From contig NC_068985.1 in the NCBI RefSeq assembly GCF_001194135.2, positions 119,966,230-120,017,125 on the forward strand: a stretch of DNA of 50,896 bases. Reading direction: 5' to 3'. The notes under the pieces were generated by a model. It was not told where the DNA came from, made no database searches, and worked only from the letters and a program-made list of their open reading frames with translations. This stretch comes from Octopus bimaculoides (lineage: Eukaryota). Below are positions 23,470 to 34,434 of the stretch, piece by piece. Positions within the stretch are counted from its first letter, which is position 1; the number at the start of each line of letters is the position of its first letter. A program made the translations under genes and the position numbers.

Positions 23470-23800
23470 CCTATGCATAATGTTGTTAAAGTTTTGGTTG
23501 AAGGGCATTAGGGAGTGTAAAAAAGTTTAATATCTAAGAAGTCGTAAAACATTTCTGAGAGGTTACATATTGTAACTAAAAGGGAAGAAGAAATTCTATA
23601 GATATGCTGTTATATTCCACCTGAACAATACTTAACGTCTTCGAATACACTAGAAGTTTCAAATAGGCTAAAGTGTTCTGCAACAAAGAGATTTGGTCGT
23701 TAATAATATGGTCAGAGGGAAGCAAATTTTGCCAATTTTTCAATTTCAGGCGAATATTCAGGTACCGCAACATAACTGAAATTTGAATGTTTGCAAGGAA
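23470..23800 (-). mobile_element. Probable hAT (Charlie/Buster-like) transposase C-terminal remnant
   Basis: EYSPE.../SIVQVEYNSISIEFLLPF resembles YFPE...WxxVxxEYPxLxxxAxxxLLPF of the hAT dimerisation domain; heavily decayed. Confidence 0.4.
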
Positions 23801-23924
23801 TAGCTGTTCAGGGAAGTGATGGAGTAATTGTAAGGTGGTGTTGGAAGGTTGTGGTCGGAGTCAGGGGAGTAGTTGCGCGACAAGAGAATTTGAGCTCATT
23901 TTTGTTGAAAATCATTTGTGGTTA

Positions 23925-24265
23925 AAAAAAACAGAACAGAACAAACGAAAACAGCTTTCAAATACTAGAAAAGTGTTTATTAGCCGTCTATTCGAAATGT
24001 ATAAGAAGACTACACTATTTAGTGAAAATAAGGAGTTACGTGGCATACAAGCAAGGGATCACAAGCTAGGAAAAAAAGGATTCATGGAATCAAATCTCAG
24101 AAATAGTGAGCGTATAGCCTCTGTATTAATTCAATCGAACATATTTTCAGAACATCTTCATAGAGGATTGCGAACAGGACCGTCAAAATCACATCAATTA
24201 CAGAGCTGAGAGATATATTGACAGATATGAGGACAGATATCGGTCATTTATTCAAATCCACGCCT
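23925..24265 (+). mobile_element. Probable RTE-clade LINE 3' fragment
   Basis: KQLSN...NKELRG...ERIASVL...GLRTG.../EDRYR follows the RTE C-terminal order (NKELYG, GRP, DRxxWR). Confidence 0.45.
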
Positions 24266-24438
24266 GATAGGATAAAAATCGTCAGGTTATCAAATATAGT
24301 CACCTCAAACTGCGACAAAGCTTTCATTAATTCTGGTTAAATTTGGGCTGTCCTTTATTATCAAGGCTTTAAAGTATTAGTAGACCCCTCTCTATGCATA
24401 TGCTGAAGCACACAGACGTACAAACACACACACACACA

Positions 24439-24503
<65 letters not shown>

Positions 24504-24703
24504 ACAAAACATACACACACAGATGTTTAAATTGTAACAGTGATGTCACACCATATAGCATCCATTCCGTAAGACCATCCTCAGAAAATCTCAAAATGTA
24601 TTTTGAAATGTTTTAGCAGAGGAATATCAAACGTAATGGGTGCATTGCTTTTTATATATTACGCAGACTTGTGCAATATATATATATACGTGTGTGTGTG
24701 TGG

Positions 24704-24734
<31 letters not shown>

Positions 24735-24791
24735 TGTGTATGTGTGTGTGTGTGTATGTGTGTGTGTGTATGTATGTATATGTGTATATAT

Positions 24792-24826
<35 letters not shown>

Positions 24827-26299
24827 CCTGTTTATCCAATGTTTTTAATCATTTTCTCATGCAATATGGTGACAAATGATATTTTCAACCTTGACAACAG
24901 TTGCATATCTATTTCAACCTTCTTTTAAAACGTCCTTTTTGCCCTCTCAGAAACTATGTACCACTTCCCCTATCTCTTCTTCACTAGGAAATAACAACGT
25001 CCAATCCTCTTTTCGACTATGTTATTTTCTGCGTAACAAGCAAAATTTGAGCTATTTCTCGATTAGACATTTTACATTGCTGGCTACCCATCTTATATAC
25101 TCGATAACTTTTACTAAATTCACGCATACATATCTACATAGAAAGAAAGACACATGCATACATACATACATACATACATACATACATACATACATACACT
25201 GGGGCACTGGGGTATGTAACACACTGCCTGGATAACAATCTTGAGAAATTAGACTTCTCGCAACCAGAAAGGAGAAAGCTGATTCGAAGACTACAGATCC
25301 AATCCATCACTGGAACTGTAAAAATCTGTAAAACTTTCCAGAAGTTATTCATTTAAACATACATACATACATACATACATACATACATACATACATACAA
25401 GTAAAAATACCCTGTTGTTGATGTTGAAATTCCAATGAAGGAGCCTTAGATCTAGGTTAGAAACCGGTTCTTTCTCTATTGGCAAGAAATCTTGAAATAA
25501 ACTGAATAATGACATACATAGATATATGTTATTTTATTTTTGATCTTCTATGTAAATGAGATATTCTCTCCGTCTGACTACTTTTCTTTCTACAAAATGA
25601 GGAGTTACATTGCGGAACTATTATTCTAACGAGTTGTGTTTATTTATCACTCAATGAAATACATCTCCACCGCCGATACTCTTGAACCAGTTGTTGAGTG
25701 TCCCACTCGTGAGGGATCAATGCTAGGTGTGTCGAAACAATTGGCGTGGTTAATGATAAATTCTCGTATATTCCATCTTCCGATATTAATTTGCCACGGC
25801 ATTCGCAATGATAGATCGCTGACCACTACTACACATATTTTTTTCTCTCCTTGTTTCTTTCTGTGTTCCTTTCTGTTAAAGAGTGTAGGCTCGAAACGTT
25901 AAAGACTTTCTCTATTCCCGAACGTTATACTAATACATCCATTTGTTGTTTACACCACCCGTTTTCGTCTGTTGTTTTTTTAGCGAATTCTCTCTATATA
26001 TATATATGAATATATAGTTTTAGGGAAAAGAACCAAGGTTCATGAACTCATCGATGAAAATCCACTATCACATATAGAAAAAAATAATAATTAAAAGCAC
26101 AATAAATGAGTATAATATAGGACAAAGTAAATATCATAAGATAAAGATAATATTATTAAAATAATCGATGGATGGAGTGCGCTAATATACGTACAACACA
26201 AGCCTTTGATCACTATAAGCAAATCATCTGTGCAAATTGTTCAGCAAGAAATTGCAGAGGCCTCAACTGTCGAGAGTCCATGATATATAAATATGTGTA

Positions 26300-26364
<65 letters not shown>

Positions 26365-26605
26365 NNNNNNNNNNNNNNNNNNNNNNNNNNNNNNNNNNNN
26401 NNNNNNNNNNNGTGTGTGTGTTTGTGTGCATGTGTGTGTGCGTGTGTGTGTGTGTGTGTATGCGTCTCGAACTGTCGAAACGAAATCCAGTCATGACACA
26501 CATACGAAAATATATAATAGGTATACATGACTCCAGGACACACGCATGAGTTTCTGAGATAGTCTTGTCTCAAATAATACATGATATTCATGTCAGCAGC
26601 CATAC

Positions 26606-26725
26606 CTGTATTTCTTCTAATAGTTTAAGAACTCTTGTTCGTGCCAAAGGAAAATGACGAGCAAATCGTAAACAGAATGCAAACTTCGGAAGTTTCATTG
26701 GAATAACCTCTAGTTCATAGATTCT
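26606..26725 (-). CDS. Candidate internal exon (120 nt, phase 0/0), the strongest exon
   Basis: cctgtttatcgctcacatag| RIYELEVIPMKLPKFAFCLRFARHFPLARTRVLKLLEEIQ CAG|gtatgg; only this frame is open, and an in-frame TAG coincides with the acceptor. Confidence 0.6.
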
Positions 26726-26807
26726 CTATGTGAGCGATAAACAGGTTCCTATATATAATATGAATTACGGAGAACGAGTTACATCAGATGGCATTCAATA
26801 AATTCAC

Positions 26808-26883
26808 CGAGAATGCGTTTCTACGCAATAAAATACTCGTGGACTGCTCAATGGCTACATAAACAATTACATTGAATGCAACA
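26808..26883 (-). CDS. Candidate internal exon (76 nt, phase 2/0)
   Basis: gaatttctttacag| VAFNVIVYVAIEQSTSILLRRNAFS G|gtgaat; only one open frame; an 82-nt intron separates it from 26725. Confidence 0.4.
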
Positions 26884-27069
26884 CTGTAAAGAAATTCAAT
26901 TGAAACTCAAGCTTTTCATATATTTAAAAATAGGTGGCAGGTTTTTTTTTTTCCTGTTAGATACATTTACATATGCACATCTACACACAAAAACACAAAA
27001 AGACAGACAGGATTACATACATTAACAGACAAAAGAATTCACACAAACACTAACTATGTAATCGACATA

Positions 27070-27727
27070 AAGTGGTGAGCCGACAGAATCGTTAGCATGC
27101 TAGGCAAAATATTTAGCAGTATTACTTCTGTTCTTATGTTCTGAGTTCTAACTCCATCTAGGTTGTTTTATTTTTTATCATCTCGTGTTCAATAACATAA
27201 GTACTGGTTGAGCACTGGAGTCGATGTAAACAGTTTATTTTCTCCCCCGAAATTGCTGGCCATGTGCAAAATTTGTAAATAGTATTATGTAATTTAATAT
27301 GTATATAAAGACTAAACATCTACCTGAAAGACAAGGGAATTGGTAGCACAGAATAGAGCTCAGCTCGCTGAAGGCGGCGAGATGGCAGACACGTTAGCAC
27401 GCCGGGCGAAATGCTTAGCGGTATTTCGTCTGCCGTTACGTTCTGAGTTCTAATTCCGCGGAGATCGACTTTACCTTTCATCCTTTAGGGGTCGATAAAT
27501 AATAACAACAAAAACAACAACAGCAATAATGATAATAATTTAGGTTTCAAATTTTAGTACAAGGCCAGTAATTTCTGGGAGAGGTTAAATCGATTTCATT
27601 GACCCAATTCTCAACTGATACTTATTTTATCGATTCGAAAAGGATGAAAGGCAAAGACGTGAAGATGGACGAAATGCCGCAAAGCATTTTGCCCCGCGTG
27701 CTAACGCCTCTACCAGTTCGACACCTT
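27070..27727. mobile_element. Cluster of three SINE family B copies (+ 27070-27290, + 27371-27500, - 27541-27727)
   Basis: AAGGCGGCGAGATGGCAGACACGTTAGCACGCCGGGCGAAATGCTTAGCGG head at 27371; reverse copy with an internal deletion at 27541-27727. Confidence 0.9.
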
Positions 27728-28115
27728 ATAAGATATGTGTTTGTGTGTGTTTGTGTGTGTGAGTGAATGTGTGCATTGATGGACTAGATAAAAGGGTTAA
27801 TGAAATTATACAGAATTATAACGGTCTTTGCCATTTTGTAAATTCCACATATATATATATATATAAGTATACATAATCATTCACCATGTTGGAACGCTGA
27901 AATCTACAAGTTTTTTTTTCATTTTCTCTCTGTCTAATTTCTCATAATCCTCTCAGGTGAAGATCGTAGGCTCCAAACGTAAAAAGCTTTTACATTTTTC
28001 CGAGCATCAAACTAATACAGTTTCTTGTCTTTTTTTCTATAAATTTCAATTATATATATCTATATCTATGCACACACACACACGCACATACACACACACA
28101 CACACACGCACACAC

Positions 28116-28169
<54 letters not shown>

Positions 28170-28286
28170 ACACACACACACACATATACACACATATATA
28201 TATATATATATACACATCTAAATGTGCATATATAAATATATACTTTGTTATTAAAGCTGCAAAAACATCACAAAAATATCATAGAA

Positions 28287-28332
28287 AAAACTGTTACTCA
28301 GAGTTTCACATTCCCATTCATCGGACAGTTTT
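28287..28332 (-). ncRNA. Variant minimal type I hammerhead ribozyme
   Basis: AAAACUGU-CCGAUGA-AUGGGAAUGU-GAAA-CUCUGAG-UA-ACAGUUUU: 8-bp stem I, U4-to-C core change, weak stem II, GUA triplet. Confidence 0.55.
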
Positions 28333-28388
28333 GATTGAGATTGAGACAAGAATTAAGGTTATATGTATAAATATATTATACAACTTAC

Positions 28389-28437
28389 ATTGACAAGCAC
28401 CCACTTGAATTTGGTTTCATTTCATTGGTCGTTTCAA
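28389..28437 (-). CDS. Candidate internal exon (49 nt, phase 1/2)
   Basis: ccgttag| ETTNEMKPNSSGCLS AT|gtaagt; strong donor, weak acceptor, one open frame. Confidence 0.3.
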
Positions 28438-29197
28438 CTAACGGTTTTATTTTTAAAAGAAGCAGTAATATAAATTGTAAGACGAAAAATTAAAAAGCTT
28501 AAATATTGTATTGTGTAAAATCGAAAAAAACCTTAAATCAAAAATAAATTTTAGTTTAGAAGGAAAAACATACATACCCAGAGTAAATTAATTAATGGTA
28601 AATTAAATTAAACTAATATAAATGTGAGTCTGTTTATGATAAAATATTCACTTACAGAAATCTAAGAGCATAAAATATATAGATGCTCGTTATTCACATA
28701 CAAACGCATACATACATCCATTTATACATACACACACTAAAAAAATATACATACACATGTATGCAAACACATACAAAACCTGATACATACATATGTACGC
28801 AAACACGTACAAAAGTCGATACATACATACGTACATACATATACAGGCAAATATTAATATGAATATATTTACTAACGTTTACATAGATATCTACACGAAT
28901 ATATATACACATAGATATCTACACGCATATATAGGCACATAGATATCTACACACCTATATATATATACAAGTTTGCTGTTACTAGTTAAAGAAAGAGGAA
29001 AAGAAAAGAGAAATGAATAAGTAGTGGGGTGTGGGGAAGAAGAGAGAAAGAGAAATGCTTGAAAATAGCGTTCTTAATAGTATGTAGTAAGGAGAAATAG
29101 TAGAAATGATAAAATACAGCAAACCGTTATGTGTGTATAGTCAAGCCCGTATACGCCACATATAAATTTACTTGCATAAACATATCCACATAAATAC

Positions 29198-29292
<95 letters not shown>

Positions 29293-29791
29293 TATACACA
29301 TTTATATACACGCATACATATATACATATATGTATATTTACATGCATATATACATAAACATACATACATGCACAATACATATATACGCATACGAATATAT
29401 TCAAAATTCCGTGTTTATTGAATATTATTATATAGGAATAAAAATAGAATAAGCATAAATAAAAATGAAAATTGTAGAAAGAAGGAACAATTTCAGAGGT
29501 GTAGATTAAATAAAATCAATTATTAAACTAAATTAAATTGCTAAAAATATAATTTCATGTGATATAAATTTGAAAATGAGTAAAATTTTGACCTCGATGA
29601 AATTTAAATCAGAACCTTAGCAACTGGCAATATATTGCTAAATATTCTGTCCCGCTCGCTAAAGTTCTGCCATCATCGTCGCCTTATTAACAATGATTAT
29701 AAAAATGATAAACAAATGCAATGTAAGTAAAATAATTAAGTAATGATAATAAAAATAATAAAATATTATAATAAAAAAATAAAACATTTAC

Positions 29792-29904
29792 TAAAAAAAT
29801 CCATTCGGGTATTCGATATCTTTAAAACCCATTGGGCGATTGTAAATGCACTTTTATAGATGTGTATTAAAAAATCAACGTTGAGAGATATTGTATCGGC
29901 TAAA
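29792..29904 (-). CDS. Candidate internal exon (113 nt, phase 2/1)
   Basis: Long T-rich acceptor (...ttttacattgcag|), LADTISLNVDFLIHIYKSAFTIAQWVLKISNTRMDFF, then A|gtaaat. Confidence 0.45.
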
Positions 29905-30141
29905 CTGCAATGTAAAAAAAAATCAATCATATGCCTTAAAAAGGTGCATTTAAAAATAGTAGTTACAATAAAACAATGAAAATAAAAATAGTAAAAATAA
30001 AAATAAATAAAAAGAGAAATATATAGTTTGTATCCATCCTAAGGTTTTCTTGAAAGGTGAAAATGTAAAATGAATGTCATACCAAAATGGTGCCGGTTTT
30101 TAGGAGAAAAAATTAAATTCAAACGCAAAAGTCAATGTTAC

Positions 30142-30209
30142 CCGTACGGTATTTTTTCACTCGACATTTTATACATTGTGGTGTGTCTTTGATTCAGAGC
30201 GTATTTATC
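30142..30209 (-). CDS. Candidate internal exon (68 nt, phase 0/2)
   Basis: ttttcatcttgtttcag| DKYALNQRHTTMYKMSSEKIPY GG|gtaaca; the other two frames stop early. Confidence 0.45.
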
Positions 30210-30784
30210 CTGAAACAAGATGAAAATCTTTTCAGTCAGACACAAATTGCATCTCATATAAATATATATAAATATGTATGTATGCGTGTATGTATACATG
30301 TGTCAGACTATCTTCAATACAGTTTGCACCATTCAGAAGGCATTGAACTGTAGGTAACAATACGAAAACGTACCACACAGTGAATTCCTCAGCACATATC
30401 TATTTCCTTAGACTGTATACAAATATATATCCTGTACTGTTTTACTAAAAGTTTCGTTTCTCAGTTCTTAATTTCAAAAGTCTCATAATTCTATTATACA
30501 CTTTATAAATCTTATATTGGGAGACATAAATTTGCGTCTGTATATTTTGTCTTATGACTTGGTTAACTCAATTAAACCTGAAACAATTTCATATAGCGAC
30601 CGTTTCCACTAATTAGCTTGTATAGTTTGTATCTCATTACTAGTTTTGAAGTTTACACTGCGGTACGACGATGACGATAACACTAACACGATGATAAAAT
30701 AGATTAAAATAATGACTTTACCGCTTGTATGAAATCTCAAGTAAGAATCAATGTGCAAAATCTAAGGTGCTGTCATAATCAAAA

Positions 30785-31145
30785 GCACATACATCGCTCT
30801 ATGATTTAGAAGTTTTCTTTGGAACCACGTGGTCCTGGGTTCATTCCTACCGTACGGCACCTTGGGTCTGTGTCTTGTAGTAGAGGCCTGAGCCGACCAA
30901 TGCGACGTGAGTGAATTTGTTAGTGAGAAATTGTTTAACAGCTCATCGTATATGCATATGCATACATGAACGTGTGTATCATTGTGATTGCGTTTGTGAT
31001 CCCCACCACCACTGGGAACTGGTGCTGATTTGTTCACGTTCCTGAAAATCCAGTAGTTAGGCAAAGGAACCGATAGAATAAGCTTAACAGCAAATACCGG
31101 GATTGATTTGTTCGCTTGAACCGGAAATGAGAAAAAGATAAAAGG
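30785..31145 (+). mobile_element. SINE family A, diverged
   Basis: AACCACGTGGTCCTGGGTTCATTCC...GGCACCTTGGG...GCCGACCAA...ACCGATAGAATAAG. Confidence 0.75.
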
Positions 31146-31344
31146 CATAAATATATGCATAGGTGTCACTGTGTGGTAAGAAACTTACTTCACCACACGG
31201 TTCCTACGCTATTTCTATAGCGTCAAAGATGTCATTATACTGCTAGAAATAGAGGCCTTCTTTTGTCAATGGACTGTGACAACATAGCTAGAACGATGTG
31301 AGGTCGACTGACCTGTAAGGAAATATGTAATAACAGCATTGTGT

Positions 31345-32860
31345 TTTGAAAGAATGAACATCAATATAACAGCTCTGTGAATTCAGCCTGCAAAAATGGG
31401 ATATCATCTCGGTATGCTATACAATGTTTTTGGAGTAAGAAACCTACGCGTAGAATTATATTATTACGAAATTAATACATGAACCAACTGCTATTACTGG
31501 TCAATATTGAGATTAAGATTTCTTATCACGAAGGGATCCTATGCAACTTGATCAACGTTTACGCATCGCCAATGATGTGCTTTGCTGATGCGAAAGAAGA
31601 GCTTTATATTACTCTATGAATGACCGTATGCACTATAACTCGGAGAGACAAGCTAAACATAATTGGGGATATTAGTGATCACAACACAAGAAGTGCAGAA
31701 ATGTAGTCTGATTGTAGAGAAGTAAAGCTGACAGTTGAAACTTCTAACTTTGTACTCCAAATTCAGTCGTATTATCAACAACACCGTATTGAGATCTCCT
31801 AGACAACATCATAACTAGCAGAAGAATCGGGGGTGACATAGATAGTAGATGGGAGATAAAAAGTGCACAAAAGACCAAATGGTTAGGTCAACGAGATCCA
31901 TCAGTTATCTCTAAATAGAAAGGCCAGTCCTCCCAAGCCTATTAAAATGGTAGAAGAACAGAAATGTTTGCAGACGCGAATATTAAGACCATTCAAGAAA
32001 GAGTTATTGATAAGATTCTAGAATCGTAGGAAATCTTACAAAAGCCAGGATGTATAAAAGGAAATTGTTTTAGCTTCGCAGTAGAGTGAATGACTCAGCT
32101 AAAACTGAGTTTAGTAAGCAAACGAGAAACACAGAAATTGCTTTAATGTTTGAGCAGCCAAGCTCTCACAAAACGTGATCAAATTATGCTCAATTCAGAG
32201 AAGTCAACAGACGACTGCAACATTAAAATCACGTGCTGGAGTTGGAATAGTAGGAAAACAAAGCGCTGATGTTGAAACCGTTGCAGATTTCGGTAACATG
32301 CATAACACCTTAACACCTTATCAACTATGTGTATAGACTTCGTAAAAGTTGAGATCACCTGATGGATGAAAAATATTCCATTTTTCTGAGCCTTTTTTAG
32401 TAATTGTTCTCTATACCAAAATACTTCAATTGGAAAACTATGGAAAGATACACATCATGCTACTGGTGTATCAGTGAATGAGCCAGCACGCGCAGAAGTG
32501 GTTTTCGTCGAAACTTTATCACGCTTGGTTTGAGAGGAACCCGGGTTTCAAGGCAGCAGAAATGTGGAAAATGGATGAGATAAACTCATATTTATCCAAC
32601 AATTAATACTGAAATTACTATTCTGGTGAAGTCCTAGATGAATGCAGTTTTGTAAGTCTAACATTCTTCTTATATTCAAGAATACTCAACGGACTGGAGG
32701 AGAAATCCCATTTCTGCTAGATGTAAGTCTGTTTGCTTCAGACGAGAAAGGAATAACATGGATATTTGTTTCTTTTTTTCTTTTGTTTCCTACATATTCA
32801 GAAGAAAAGTGTGGACCAAAACAAGTCAAGTGTGTTCCGTATGACATTTCACTTTCGCCT
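31345..32860 (+). mobile_element. RTE-clade LINE remnant (APE endonuclease to RT N-terminus), heavily decayed
   Basis: ERMNINITAL, CFWSKKP, LRFLITKGSYAT/INVYASPMM...KEELY...RDKLNIIGD, LLDNIITSRR, RSPDG, AEMWK, IQKKSVDQNK appear in the order expected for RTE ORF2. Confidence 0.7.
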
Positions 32861-32949
32861 TCCGTATTTCATTTTAAGAAGTAAATGTGAAAGACTTGCT
32901 GTTGAACGTCAGAATGATGTACTAATATCCAACGATAAAACCACTTCCT

Positions 32950-33170
32950 CGTTCCTACCCATTATGAAACTTTTCCCGTAGGCTTTTGTAAGTTACAGAA
33001 TTTCTGGTGTTAATATTACAGTTGGTCTTGATGTCACACAGTTTTCTGTTGCTTATTGTATCCAACCAAGAGATTTTATCAAGATACTTTCCATTCCAGG
33101 TTGTAAAAATATGCTGCCGTCTTCCATCCTCCAGCATAGAATTCGTAGGTTTAAACAAACTTGTGCTTAT
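32950..33170 (-). mobile_element. Possible RTE-like C-terminal fragment
   Basis: KISWLDTISNRKL resembles xISWxDxxxNxxL. Confidence 0.3.
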
Positions 33171-33323
33171 CATTGTATAGAGTGAAAATATTACAGAAAA
33201 TGACCGTGAGTGAGGGATTCTGATAACTTTCTATACTAACATACATGTCTGTAGCTTTGTAATAGGAAAAGTAAGAACAAATCTGACGCATTAACCTAAG
33301 AGATATTGAAAATCCATGTTCAC

Positions 33324-33354
33324 CAGTATTTCAATTACTCGTAACATAAGACAG
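33324..33354 (-). CDS. Candidate exon (31 nt, phase 2/0)
   Basis: Very strong polypyrimidine acceptor ttttctttctccctttttcttcttag|, CLMLRVIEIL, then G|gtgaac. Confidence 0.3.
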
Positions 33355-33738
33355 CTAAGAAGAAAAAGGGAGAAAGAAAACCTGCGCACCATGATAAAGG
33401 ATCACGCTTTTGTCTTAATATTATAACTAAACAGTATATTTTCATATTGAAGAAATCGCCATAACGGTAAGAAGCGAAATTGCTGTCATATTTATTAAAT
33501 TATATCTTTGGAAAGTTCTGTGTTTTGTATCTGGATATCTGGATACATTTCCTAGAGATATTCAGTTGCATTGCTGTGCCTCTGCGCATTGTACAAATGT
33601 CCAACGTCTGATTCTCTCTCTCTCTGTATCTCTCTCTCTCTGTATCTCTCCCTCTTCCCCCCCCTCTCTCTCTCCCTTTCTCATTGTCTCTCAAATTCTC
33701 TTTCTGTTCATTTCTAAAGTATTAAATGTAATCGTTAC

Positions 33739-33770
33739 CTGTGCATGTTATTTGAAACGTGGAGTAACAT
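33739..33770 (-). CDS. Candidate exon (32 nt, phase 0/2)
   Basis: cctttgttag| MLLHVSNNMH AG|gtaacg; lies next to an assembly gap. Confidence 0.25.
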
Positions 33771-34087
33771 CTAACAAAGGTTACNNNNNNNNNNNNNNNN
33801 NNNNNNNNNNNNNNNNNNNNNNNNNNNNNNNNNNNNNNNNNNNNNNNNNNNNNNNNNNNNNNNNNNNNNNNNNNNNNNNNNNNNNNNNNNNNNNNNNNNN
33901 NNNNNNNNNNNNNNNNNNNNNNNNNNNNNNNNNNNNNNNNNNNNNNNNNNNNNNNNNNNNNNNNNNNNNNNNNNNNNNNNNNNNNNNNNNNNNNNNNNNN
34001 NNNNNNNNNNNNNNNNGACCACCAATTCGGTATTGAGCAATCATCTCACTGTCTGATATCAGTAAGTGTGTGTGTTTGCTCGCGCGC

Positions 34088-34121
<34 letters not shown>

Positions 34122-34372
34122 TAGGGAAAAGTTCAGATATTAATTAATATCGATTTATTACCAGGAAGCCAGCACATTGAAAGAATCAGACAGATTCAGA
34201 AAAAATATCCGAGATCTCAGGGGATTAATGTATATGTGTATATATAAAACGTCGACCACTAAGTGGACAGTGAATGTGCTAGAAGAAGATCATATGTAAT
34301 GTGTCTATTAAGACCTAATAGTTCTCAAATGAAATTCAGCGAAATACCAAACTTACATAAATAAAACATTAT

Positions 34373-34434
34373 TCGTGGACCGGTTTCGAAATTAAGATTC
34401 TTTTACCAAAAATATCTGTTTCTCTTCAGCACGA
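34373..34434 (-). ncRNA. Type I hammerhead ribozyme, intact core (Penelope/retrozyme-like minimal stem III)
   Basis: UCGUG-CUGAAGA-[GAAA...UUUC extended stem II]-GAAA-CCGG-UC-CACGA: every core nucleotide is present, G10.1-C11.1 pair, GUC triplet, perfect 5-bp stem I. Confidence 0.8.

Noticed and set aside
24200-24300. CTGAGAGA...GATATCGGTC and reverse CTGACGA hammerhead-like words
   Set aside because: No GAAA box or stem I; better explained as the RTE-like C-terminus.
25425-25475. AATGAAGGAGCC...GAAACCGGTT repeat with hammerhead-like ending
   Set aside because: The CUGANGA box is absent and the stems are poor; too degenerate to call.
32790-32830. CAGAAGA...CAAAACAAGTC looked like a decayed hammerhead
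   Set aside because: It lies in frame within the RTE RT remnant (IQKKSVDQNK); the core and stems are not satisfied.
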